Shown one piece after another: positions 9,338-17,519 of a DNA stretch of 64,000 bases. Origin of the DNA: an uncultured Candidatus Saccharibacteria bacterium (GTDB taxonomy: Bacteria > Patescibacteriota > SOKK01); contig CAZFJP010000003.1 of the NCBI GenBank assembly GCA_964518965.1, positions 25,508-89,507 on the forward strand. The letters run 5' to 3'. Positions within the stretch are counted from its first letter, which is position 1. Every line of letters starts with the position of its first letter. Under the pieces are notes generated by a model, which was not told the origin of the DNA, did not search any database, and was given only the letters and a program-made list of their open reading frames with translations. A program made the position numbers and the translations under genes.

Positions 9338-9363
9338 ATGCCTTTTCAGAAAGGCGTTTTTTA
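9338..9363 (+). terminator. Rho-independent terminator closing the tRNA array
   Basis: GCCTTT-tcag-AAAGGC hairpin plus TTTTTT. Confidence 0.55.
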
Positions 9364-9426
9364 GTGTCTTTGAGTATGATATAATAGTTCTGTAAGTAAT
9401 TATCCTTAATCAAAAGGGGAGAAACT

Positions 9427-10602
9427 ATGTATAAGAAACGTCTTTTCCTTGTTCTTCTGACTTCGCTTTTCTTGGTCAGTGTCCCTCTTGCTACTTTGGC
9501 AGCGACTTTCAGAACAGGCAATAATGTTACAGTTGGTAGAGATGAAGTTATTAATGGAGATTTGTATGTATCAGGAGGTTCCCTCAATATTGAGGGGTTT
9601 GTAAAGGGTGATGTCTTTGTAGCAGGGCAAACCATTGATGTTGACCATGAGGTTTCTGGAGACTTGTTTGCTGCAGGAACAAATGTTAACATTCGTAGTA
9701 CTATCTGGGATGATGTGAGAGTTTGTGGATCTAATGTTCAACTAGATGCTGGGGTTGGTGATGACATCTTTGCAGTAGGAGCAACAGTTGAGTGCACCGA
9801 AAAATCACTGATTTCGGGTAGTGCATTTTTATCTGGTGGAAATGTGAAAGTATTTGGTGATGTAAAGGGCGATTTAAATGTTTCCGCAACAGCGTTGACT
9901 ATTGAAGGAGTAATCAAGGGTAATGTTAAAGCAACTACCGATAAACTAGTTTTAGGGAAGAATGCTAAAATTGAAGGTGACTTGGAATATACTAGTAAAA
10001 ATGATCTAGAAAAAGCAGAGGGAGCTTTAGTTGTTGGAAAAACTACTCGTCATGAGTCAAAAACTAATGGTAAAATTGCTTGGCTGGGTGGGATTGCCTT
10101 GACAAGCGGTTATTTTCTTTGGAAGTTTGTTTGGTGGGTTGCCTCGTTATTGCTGCTTTTAGTTTTAATTTGGTTGATGCCTAATTTCAGTGTTAGTGTC
10201 GGTAACTATTTAAATAAAAATCCGTGGAAGAGTTTAGGATTTGGGTTACTTGCTCTCATTGTTATTCCAGTTATTGCGGTAATTTTCTGTGTTTTAATTC
10301 TCGGTTTGCCTCTCGGCATTATTATGCTCTTGGCTTATATTGTAATGATTATGATTGCTAAGGCACTGTTCGGTCTTTGGCTTGGTCGCAAGATTCTCTG
10401 GTTGTTTAATAAAAACAAGCGTGGTTATAAACCGCATTTTGTCTGGGCGGCAATCCTTGGTACTTTTGTAGCGACAATTTTATTCATGTTGCCGTTTATC
10501 GGCTGGTTAATCAAGTGGGTGGCGCTCTGGCTGATGTTCGGCGCGTTGATTATTACAACTAAGAATTTGATGAAGAGTTTTAAACGCAAAGGAACGTTAT
10601 AA
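9427..10602 (+). CDS. Membrane protein with a signal peptide, a bactofilin-like beta-helical repeat ectodomain and four C-terminal TM helices
   Basis: Signal peptide is present. Repeats follow a VxGDxxVxGxxxxIxG pattern (INGDLYVSGGSLNIEGFVKGDVFVAGQTIDVDHEVSGDLFAAG...). The C-terminus is hydrophobic. Confidence 0.45.
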   Translation: MYKKRLFLVLLTSLFLVSVPLATLAATFRTGNNVTVGRDEVINGDLYVSGGSLNIEGFVKGDVFVAGQTIDVDHEVSGDLFAAGTNVNIRSTIWDDVRVCGSNVQLDAGVGDDIFAVGATVECTEKSLISGSAFLSGGNVKVFGDVKGDLNVSATALTIEGVIKGNVKATTDKLVLGKNAKIEGDLEYTSKNDLEKAEGALVVGKTTRHESKTNGKIAWLGGIALTSGYFLWKFVWWVASLLLLLVLIWLMPNFSVSVGNYLNKNPWKSLGFGLLALIVIPVIAVIFCVLILGLPLGIIMLLAYIVMIMIAKALFGLWLGRKILWLFNKNKRGYKPHFVWAAILGTFVATILFMLPFIGWLIKWVALWLMFGALIITTKNLMKSFKRKGTL

Positions 10603-10613
10603 AACCTTATTAG

Positions 10614-10647
10614 AAAAGCCGCTTCTAAATCTGGGGGCGGCTTTTTA
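10614..10647 (+). terminator. Rho-independent terminator
   Basis: AAAGCCGC...GCGGCTTT hairpin plus TTT. Confidence 0.55.
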
Positions 10648-10702
10648 GTTGAAAAGTTCACCAACTCCTGCTACCCTAGAAATGTCTATTTAAAGCGGAA
10701 AT

Positions 10703-11551
10703 ATGCTCAAAGCTTTGAAAATCTTGTTGACTTTGTTGCTTCTTTTTATCATTGGAGCAGCTTTTGCAATTACCTGGATGATTTATTTCAAAGATTCGGG
10801 TAATCAGGGGGAGAGAGAGACTAAGTTTCCTGAAGTTCAGGAGGATAAGGGTGATTTTCGTTTTGCGGTTTGTGGTGATCCGCATAGTAACTGGAAGGTT
10901 TATAAAAAAGTTTTCCAAAGTGCTCAAAAGAGAAAAGTGAGCTTTTTGATTAATGTTGGTGATCTTACCAGAGTTGGTGCAGAATCAGAATTTTATGAAG
11001 GGAAACGATTAATGGCTGATTTTCCTTATAAAACATACTTGGTGATGGGTGGTCATGACATGACTGGGGAAGGGAGACGCTGGTTTCGGAAGTACTTTGG
11101 TAAGGATCATCAAAGTTTTAATCAGGGCAAAGCGCATTTCGTCGTTTTAAATAATGCCGATCAAAAAGAGGGGATAAGTAAAGATCAGTTGGATTGGTTG
11201 GAGAAAGATTTAGAAGAGAATAACCTGCCATTAAAGTTTGTTTTTGTTCATCAGCCCCTGGCATTTCCTTATGCTGATCCCGAAGAGATAGGTTATTTGA
11301 CAGAAAAATCCCAAGAGGCAGAACAGGATTTGGTGGAAATTCTGAAAAGGAATCACGTGAATGTTGTTTTTGCTGGTCATCTTCATTCTTATCTTACTTA
11401 TCAGTTTGGCGATATTTCTGCTATAATAACAGGGGGAGCGGGTGGACCAATCTACAGTATGCCCTTTTTAGCTGATACTCCCTACCACTATGTTTTAGTG
11501 ACAGTTAAAGGTACTGAGTATTATCCGGAGAAGATTGAAATTAATAACTAA
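10703..11551 (+). CDS. Membrane-anchored metallophosphoesterase (calcineurin-like)
   Basis: Motifs GDPH, NVGDLT, GGHD and a GHLH-like element. N-terminal TM helix. Confidence 0.65.
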   Translation: MLKALKILLTLLLLFIIGAAFAITWMIYFKDSGNQGERETKFPEVQEDKGDFRFAVCGDPHSNWKVYKKVFQSAQKRKVSFLINVGDLTRVGAESEFYEGKRLMADFPYKTYLVMGGHDMTGEGRRWFRKYFGKDHQSFNQGKAHFVVLNNADQKEGISKDQLDWLEKDLEENNLPLKFVFVHQPLAFPYADPEEIGYLTEKSQEAEQDLVEILKRNHVNVVFAGHLHSYLTYQFGDISAIITGGAGGPIYSMPFLADTPYHYVLVTVKGTEYYPEKIEINN

Positions 11552-11627
11552 TGGCTAATGCCTGCCGGTAGACAGGATTGATTAAAAAACATTTCCATTA
11601 TTCATTATCCATTAAATATTATTTTTT

Positions 11628-12095
11628 ATGTTTTCATCTCATTCTGAAAAACCAACCTTTTCCGAGAAGATTAAACAGGAACTGCAAAGAGAAGAAAAAC
11701 CCCAGACAGGTTCTTATACTCTGTTGCTACTTTTAGTTTTACTGCTTATTGCTTTAGTCTTCTTTTTTGTGGCGCTGATTAAGAATTGTACCACCGAGAA
11801 AGTAGCTGAAAGTGAAACAACTACTCCCGCAGCAGAACAATCTACTACGCCAAATAATCAAAATGAAGAGGCGATTGAAAATTCTGCTGAGGAAGAGATA
11901 ACTCCCGAAACTTCCAATTCTGGTCAGACCTATACGATTCAAGCTGGGGATACGCTCTTTGAAATTGGACAGAAGTTTGGTATAGATTGGAAAAAGATTG
12001 CCAAGGTTAATAGTCTTGAAGCTCCCTATAATCTCACTGTTGGGAAAACCTTGGTTATTCCGCCAAAGGAAAGCAGTGGTGGAACTACGCGGTAG
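11628..12095 (+). CDS. LysM domain-containing membrane-anchored protein
   Basis: C-terminal LysM: YTIQAGDTLFEIGQKFGIDWKKIAKVNSL...LTVGKTLVIP. N-terminal TM helix. Confidence 0.7.
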   Translation: MFSSHSEKPTFSEKIKQELQREEKPQTGSYTLLLLLVLLLIALVFFFVALIKNCTTEKVAESETTTPAAEQSTTPNNQNEEAIENSAEEEITPETSNSGQTYTIQAGDTLFEIGQKFGIDWKKIAKVNSLEAPYNLTVGKTLVIPPKESSGGTTR

Positions 12096-12211
12096 AATCC
12101 TGTATGAGGTTTCGCCATGCGGCGGGACGACCTGTGTTAATGAAATACTGAAAGCTAGTATTGGTTAGAATCGTTTTTGATAGTTGTAAGTCCGAATGGG
12201 CTTACACAGCC

Positions 12212-12288
12212 GGGCTTGTAGCTCAGTTGGTTAGAGCGTTCGCTTGACGTGCGAAAGGTCAGAGGTTCAACTCCTCTCAGGCCCACCA
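12212..12288 (+). tRNA. tRNA-Val(GAC), CCA encoded
   Basis: GGGCTTG pairs with CAGGCCC. Anticodon loop TTGACGT. T-arm AGAGGTTCAACTCCTCT. Confidence 0.85.
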
Positions 12289-12330
12289 TTTCAAACTTAA
12301 AACTTGAAATGTAAAACTTAAAGGGATTAT

Positions 12331-12834
12331 ATGGAGAAGGAATCTGAATATAATTGGAGAGAAAGATTGATCGAGAAAGGAAAAGAGATTGTTGAGCGAG
12401 TTGATGCGGAGACAAACGCCCAAGATTTCATTGATGTTGTAAGAAAGAGAAACGAAAAGGACTTGGGGTCTGGTTTAGGAGAGGACACTATTTCTAGCAA
12501 GGGAATAGCGGAAGCGCTTCCGATTGCAACAAAGATTGATGAAGTGAATGATTTTTATCGTAATTTTTCCAGTTTAGTTAGGAGACATCCGGAATTGGAA
12601 GGGAAAACATTGATTGATTTACTTTCACATGGAAAGAATCCTTTACGGGTAAGAAGATTACTTTCAAAAGGGGTTGAAGATCTGGTTAAAGATATTGACT
12701 GGGGAAGATACTTACTTAAAATTCGTGATTATCTTAGTCGTAAATTTCCTGAGGCAGGTATTCGAAGAGAGGAGGTAAAAGGACCAGAGGGAAAGATTGA
12801 AATTGAAATTGATGATTTCTTTAATTCGGATTGA
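12331..12834 (+). CDS. Hypothetical cytoplasmic protein
   Basis: Clean 167 aa ORF. No recognisable motifs. Confidence 0.4.
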   Translation: MEKESEYNWRERLIEKGKEIVERVDAETNAQDFIDVVRKRNEKDLGSGLGEDTISSKGIAEALPIATKIDEVNDFYRNFSSLVRRHPELEGKTLIDLLSHGKNPLRVRRLLSKGVEDLVKDIDWGRYLLKIRDYLSRKFPEAGIRREEVKGPEGKIEIEIDDFFNSD

Positions 12835-12895
12835 AGTTACTAAAAACAGAGTTTTCACTGACTCTGTTTTTTGTTTGGCCTGAATTGCTTGAAAA

Positions 12896-14644
12896 CTATC
12901 TCATCACTTTCTTTTCCTTAATCGTTACGCGGAAGCCTTTTTTCTCTAAATATTTTCCTAGAAGTAATCTTGTTTGGGAATCAAGAGCCGGGAGGGAGCT
13001 GAAAAGGATAGTGAAAATTGGGAAAATTGCCCATTGCGGAATAAAAATAAAGCGCTTCCAGAAGGGATAATTTTTAGGCTGGGGAGGGAGAAGTAATAAG
13101 CTGATGATTATTGATACTACTAACCCGATCATAGCACAGCTTAAAACAATGTTTCCTATCAAGGGATAATTATAACCCATTATTGTTTTGCTAAAATTAT
13201 GACTGGCGACGAGAGGCGCCCAGCTGACAATGGAAAGAAAGAGTGGCATTGTTGCCCAAGTGAGAAACGATTCAAAGATACGGTAAGTTTGTAAGACTTT
13301 ACGCCAGAGTGGAATTTTATTATCTAGCAAATTATTTTTTAAAACGAAAGGAATATCAATTACTCCCCAAGACCAACGCCGCAATTGTAAATATTGTTCT
13401 TTAATTGTTTTAAAGTAATTCTCCGCTAGTACCGCATCTAGGTAAACGGGAATGTGAAGCGGAACTAAACCAACTTTTCCTTTGTAGTGAAAGAACACCT
13501 GCCAGTAGATACGTGAGTCATCGGGAATAATTGTTTTATCCCAGTAACCGACGTCTTGGAGCGCTTTCAGTCCTATAGCGTGGCTGGAAAAAATGCGCAT
13601 TCGTTCCGGTCGTAATGATTCAATCATCAACCAGAAGGAGCTGCCGATTGCTGCTAAGCGGTTAACTGCCGGTACGTCCCAAATGCGATTAAAGAGCATA
13701 ATGCTAGGTTGGTAGGTATGGCATTCCCGTTTTTTGGTAGCAAGATATTTAAAGGTAAGGCAGGCAAAATACTGCGGGTGAACGCGAGTATCACAATCCA
13801 TTGCCGAGACAATTACCTGTTCAGGTTTAATTTTTTTCTGGACTAAAAACTTTTCGGCATATCGAACAGCGTAAGTAGTATTAGCACTTTTTACTTTGTT
13901 TTCGCCGGGGAGATCTTTGGGGTGAATTGTTGCCATAAACTTGCCGAATTTATTTCCAAAACGTTTCTTAAGTGCGTGAATATTCTGTTTTGCTCGACTA
14001 AGTGCTCGCTCTTCTGTTGCAAGAACAAAAATAATTCGATCTTTGGGATACTTTGTTTTAGCGAGTGCTTCTAGAGAAGGAATAAGAACGTGAAGTTTTT
14101 CGTTGTAAGTAGGAATAATAACTAAATGATAAATTGAGCGCCAAGAGGGAACATCACGTCCTAGTTTTTTTAATTTTAGTAATTCTTTTTTCTGATCTAG
14201 CAGTAAACGGTATTTTTCAAAGGGTTCTTTCTTTACGCCCAGATGAAACGGTCCTTTTTGTTTTGGATTAAAGTCATATTCTTTTTCCAAAAATCTCAAC
14301 TTATTATTAATTTGTTTTAGCGAAGTGGTTAGTTGAGATGATTTTTTGCAGAGTGATAACCAGTCAATTGCAGCAGTTTTGTGGACTTTAAAATAACCAA
14401 GGATAAGATAGGTTGAGATAGAGACAACACGAAAAAACCAAAAAAGGTCAAAAATAATGACAATGTAAGCGACAATTACTGGTGTAAAGAAAGCAAAAAC
14501 AATTGGCAAAGTTAAAATAGAATATGAAAGAAGAGCGGGAATCATCTCCATAAAACGGTAAAACTCGCTGTTTTGAGCGAGTTGGTATTTAAATTTCTGC
14601 CAATTACTTCTTGGCATTGAGGCGTTGTTTAATTTCTTTATCAA
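12896..14644 (-). CDS. Processive family-2 glycosyltransferase (cellulose/hyaluronan-synthase-like), integral membrane
   Basis: Motifs DCD (SAMDCDTRV) and QxxRW (QLRRWSWG). Multiple TM helices. Confidence 0.7.
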   Translation of the reverse strand: MIKKLNNASMPRSNWQKFKYQLAQNSEFYRFMEMIPALLSYSILTLPIVFAFFTPVIVAYIVIIFDLFWFFRVVSISTYLILGYFKVHKTAAIDWLSLCKKSSQLTTSLKQINNKLRFLEKEYDFNPKQKGPFHLGVKKEPFEKYRLLLDQKKELLKLKKLGRDVPSWRSIYHLVIIPTYNEKLHVLIPSLEALAKTKYPKDRIIFVLATEERALSRAKQNIHALKKRFGNKFGKFMATIHPKDLPGENKVKSANTTYAVRYAEKFLVQKKIKPEQVIVSAMDCDTRVHPQYFACLTFKYLATKKRECHTYQPSIMLFNRIWDVPAVNRLAAIGSSFWLMIESLRPERMRIFSSHAIGLKALQDVGYWDKTIIPDDSRIYWQVFFHYKGKVGLVPLHIPVYLDAVLAENYFKTIKEQYLQLRRWSWGVIDIPFVLKNNLLDNKIPLWRKVLQTYRIFESFLTWATMPLFLSIVSWAPLVASHNFSKTIMGYNYPLIGNIVLSCAMIGLVVSIIISLLLLPPQPKNYPFWKRFIFIPQWAIFPIFTILFSSLPALDSQTRLLLGKYLEKKGFRVTIKEKKVMR

Positions 14645-15258
14645 TCTTAGTTTGAATTAGATCCAAGAAATTTGCCAGACGATCAAGGGTAGAATTGTTG
14701 TTAACAATAATGTCAGCGTAGCGTTTGGTCGGTTCAACATAGAGTTTATACATTGGTGCGGCACTTTTGAGATATTGGGTGATAGAATATTTCAGAGAAC
14801 GGTCACGTTCTTTTAGGTCACGTTCTAGGCGACGAGCAAGACGGACATCTGTATCGGCATCAATAAAAATTTTTAGATCCATCATTTTCCGTACAAGCGG
14901 ATTACTTAAAGCAAGAATTCCTTCAATAATGATCACTGGTTTAGGATCAGCGGGGATTGTTTCCTTCCGGCGGGCATGGGTGAAGAAGTTATAAAGTGGC
15001 ATACGGATTTTTTTGCCGGCAATTAATTTTTTAAGATGAGAGATGAATAAGCGGTTATCAACAGATCCGGGGTAGTCAAAGTTCTTAGTAATTGCTTTCT
15101 TCTTGGGGATTTCCCCGTAGGCCTTGTAGTAATTATCGTGGGTGATTAAGAGAATGTTATTAGGATGACTTTCTTTCAAGATCTCAGCTACGGCGGTCTT
15201 TCCGGAGGCAGTTCCACCGGCGATGCCAATGATGTAGGGTTTTTTGGCCTTTGTCATA
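14604..15258 (-). CDS. udk: Uridine kinase
   Basis: P-loop GIAGGTASGKT plus the HDNYYK region. The start is placed at the internal Met (MTKAKKPYIIGIAGG) rather than at the longer ORF track start. Confidence 0.7.
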
Positions 15259-15366
15259 AAAGTTAACTTAAAAAGAAGTTGTGTTTCATTCTTATTTATT
15301 ATACAATAAGCTCTTCCAGAATAAAAACGAGCATCATAAGAAAAGGAGAGAAAAGGAGGTAGTACT

Positions 15367-15798
15367 TTGACAAAAGAACCTACCGCTGCGGACATCTTTT
15401 TTCAGCTAGAAGTTTACCTTCCTAGCTTTGACATTGTTGAAATGGTCTACGAAATGTTTCTTGACCTGATCTTGTTCCGAGGCAAGCTTGTTTTCTTTGA
15501 GGATCTTCCTCAACAGCTGGCAGACCGGCTTGTGAAGGCGATTCAGCAGGGTAAGGGCGCTACTCCAGTTGGAGGAACAGTTCTCCAAGGACGCCAGGCG
15601 TTTCTCCGTGCTCTTGAGGAGATTCATCATTTTTATTTTCTTTCCCTGATTTCTGATAAGGAAGGAATTCGCCAGAGGGCAGTGGAATTGCTCGGCGAGG
15701 CGCGAGAGTTTTTCCATCGTGCTGGCAAAGAGTATCCTCACGTTGCTCTCTGTCGTCTTCTCATTGATCTTCTCAAACGTCAAAATAAAGTCCCCTAA
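15367..15798 (+). CDS. Hypothetical alpha-helical protein (TTG start)
   Basis: Strong RBS AAGGAGG sits 8 nt upstream of the TTG. A stop-in-hairpin terminator follows. Preferred over the antisense ORF 15406..15783. Confidence 0.45.
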   Translation: MTKEPTAADIFFQLEVYLPSFDIVEMVYEMFLDLILFRGKLVFFEDLPQQLADRLVKAIQQGKGATPVGGTVLQGRQAFLRALEEIHHFYFLSLISDKEGIRQRAVELLGEAREFFHRAGKEYPHVALCRLLIDLLKRQNKVP

Positions 15799-15812
15799 GG
15801 GGACTTTTTAAT
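15787..15812 (+). terminator. Rho-independent terminator with the stop codon in the loop
   Basis: AAGTCCCC-taa-GGGGACTT plus TTT. Confidence 0.6.
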
Positions 15813-15919
15813 TAAAAACAGGCCAGACTATAACCAGAAGTTTCGTTTGACTGCGTTAAGCTTAGAAACTCTGCTGTGTTGTTTTTCTCTTGACTTGCTT
15901 TAGTGGTGATCTGCTAAAC

Positions 15920-16013
15920 TTTCGTCAATGATTCAAATCAAAACTTGCTAAATATCAAGACACATTGATATTAGATTATGTCTTGATTAATAATCATCAA
16001 TGATGAAGGTTTA
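15920..16013. repeat. Imperfect palindrome of the 'TTTCATCATTGA...AATCAAGAC' family (copy A), immediately 3' of the tmRNA gene
   Basis: Arms tttcgtcaatgattc...atcaagacac and gtcttgattaataatcatcaatgatgaagg. Related copies at 36552-36658 and 56627-56732. Confidence 0.6.
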
Positions 16014-16017
16014 TCTG

Positions 16018-16399
16018 GTGGAGGTGGGGGGAATTGAACCCCCGTCCAAGAGAGTAAACTAACAATATCTACAAGCTTAGTTATTTTAGTTTGATTCAGA
16101 TTGAAAACTTATCCCGCAGACGGGACCCCGCTATGCAGGGAAAAATAACAAAAAATTTTCAATCCTATTCCTAAAGATTTAACTGATTAACAAGGAAAAA
16201 TTAATCAGCGATCCCATGTTTGACGTCTTTTTCCTTCTTATGGGAGAAGAAGGAAAGACGGCTGTCACGCTAAATTAGGCAACAGCGGGTGCAAAATTTG
16301 TTCTTGCACTTAAAAATTGAAAGTTGAGTTTACGAGCCCACTTTCACACTCGGCTTGCATTGTTAATTTACAAAACTCCTGTCGAAACCTGTCACCCCC
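16018..16399 (-). ncRNA. ssrA: tmRNA (SsrA)
   Basis: The minus-strand 5' end GGGGGTGACAGGTTTCGACAGG pairs with the 3' end ...GGACGGGGGTTCAATTCCCCCCACCTCCACCA. These are tRNA-Ala-like acceptor and T-arms with a G3-U70 pair. A putative tag reading frame GCAAGAACAAATTTTGCACCCGCTGTTGCCTAA (A-R-T-N-F-A-P-A-V-A-stop) lies inside. Confidence 0.8.
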
Positions 16400-16474
16400 A
16401 GTAAGGGTAAGAGTTAAAAGGTAAAGAGGAGAATTTTGGGTTTTGATTTTACTTTTACTTTTTACCTTTTTCCT

Positions 16475-17119
16475 TTAACCTGGCCAGAAGATGAGAAAAT
16501 GTTCGATCGCGTTTGCAACCGGCAGAATAATCCGGCCAAAGAGGGGAATGTTCATAACCGTGGAGAGAATAATAATTCCGAGTAGTACAAACGGACCGAC
16601 TCGTTCAATCTCGATCATTATGTTCTCAAATGATCTTGGTGCAATAGCAACGAGGATTTTGGAACCGTCCAAAGGAGGGATAGGAATCAGATTAAAAATT
16701 GCCAGAATTAAGTTCAGTGCAATAATTGCTTGGAGAAACTGGAATATCAGAAGGGGAAGAGGCAGATTGATCAGAATCAGTAAACGGATAGTTAACCCGA
16801 AAATGGTTGCAACTATTAAGTTACTAAATGGTCCAGAAAGAGCGGTTAGAAGGTTACCCCATTTTCCATAACGAATATTATAAGGATTAATAGGAACTGG
16901 TTTTCCCCAACCAAAACCGACCAAAAAAAGCATGATTGTTCCCAAAGGGTCTAAGTGGGCAAGAGGATTTAAAGTTATTCTACCTTCCAGTTTAGCAGTA
17001 ATGTCGCCTAGTTTATAGGCCGAGAAAGCATGAGCGAATTCGTGTACACTAATTCCAACAACCAGAGCGACTACCCAGCCGATAAAGAAAGTAGGATTAG
17101 AAAATAGGTATTCTAGCAT
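16475..17119 (-). CDS. Site-2 protease family zinc metalloprotease (peptidase M50)
   Basis: HEFAHA zinc motif in TM1 and a polytopic membrane topology. Confidence 0.7.
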   Translation of the reverse strand: MLEYLFSNPTFFIGWVVALVVGISVHEFAHAFSAYKLGDITAKLEGRITLNPLAHLDPLGTIMLFLVGFGWGKPVPINPYNIRYGKWGNLLTALSGPFSNLIVATIFGLTIRLLILINLPLPLLIFQFLQAIIALNLILAIFNLIPIPPLDGSKILVAIAPRSFENIMIEIERVGPFVLLGIIILSTVMNIPLFGRIILPVANAIEHFLIFWPG

Positions 17120-17303
17120 TGAATTAGTTCAAAACTTAAAACTCAGAATGAAGAAGTTGAATCAAACTTTATTTTATGCTAATCTGTGAGGTGCAGTTAT
17201 AATAAAAACAAAAATTGCCTTTTTATTATACTTAATTTCGGCTAAAAAGTCAATTCTGCCACGAGGGCAGGATTCCGCTCTACGGGAGAAAGGGATAGAA
17301 AAA

Positions 17304-17507
17304 ATGGGAAAATTTTGTGCTATTTGTGGAAGAGGTAAACAAGTAGGTTACAATGTTAGTCATTCGCATCGGAAAACGAAGCGTTCTTTTGGAGTTAATC
17401 TTCAAAAGAAGGTAGTTGTTTTCCAAAATCGTGTTTCTCGCAGAGGCACAGTTAAGAGACGCGTTCTTGTTTGTACAAGTTGTCTCAAAAATCAAATGAA
17501 AGCTTAA
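17304..17507 (+). CDS. rpmB: 50S ribosomal protein L28
   Basis: 67 aa protein. Motif CAICGRGKQVGYNVSHSHRKTKRSFGVNL is typical of bL28. Confidence 0.75.
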   Translation: MGKFCAICGRGKQVGYNVSHSHRKTKRSFGVNLQKKVVVFQNRVSRRGTVKRRVLVCTSCLKNQMKA

Positions 17508-17519
17508 CGATTAGGTTTT

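Noticed and set aside
12096-12211. Additional GGGCTTACA mini-duplicate of the tRNA-Val(GAC) 5' end
   Set aside because: Only 6-7 nt are shared. Too short to distinguish from chance.
12155-12415. 86 aa minus-strand ORF
   Set aside because: Its translation is antisense to tRNA-Val(GAC) (MVGLRGVEPLTFRT...). Classic tRNA-shadow ORF.
15406-15783. 125 aa minus-strand ORF overlapping the 15367..15798 plus-strand ORF
   Set aside because: The plus-strand frame has a strong AAGGAGG RBS and a stop-in-hairpin terminator. Only one of the two can be real, so the plus-strand frame is kept.
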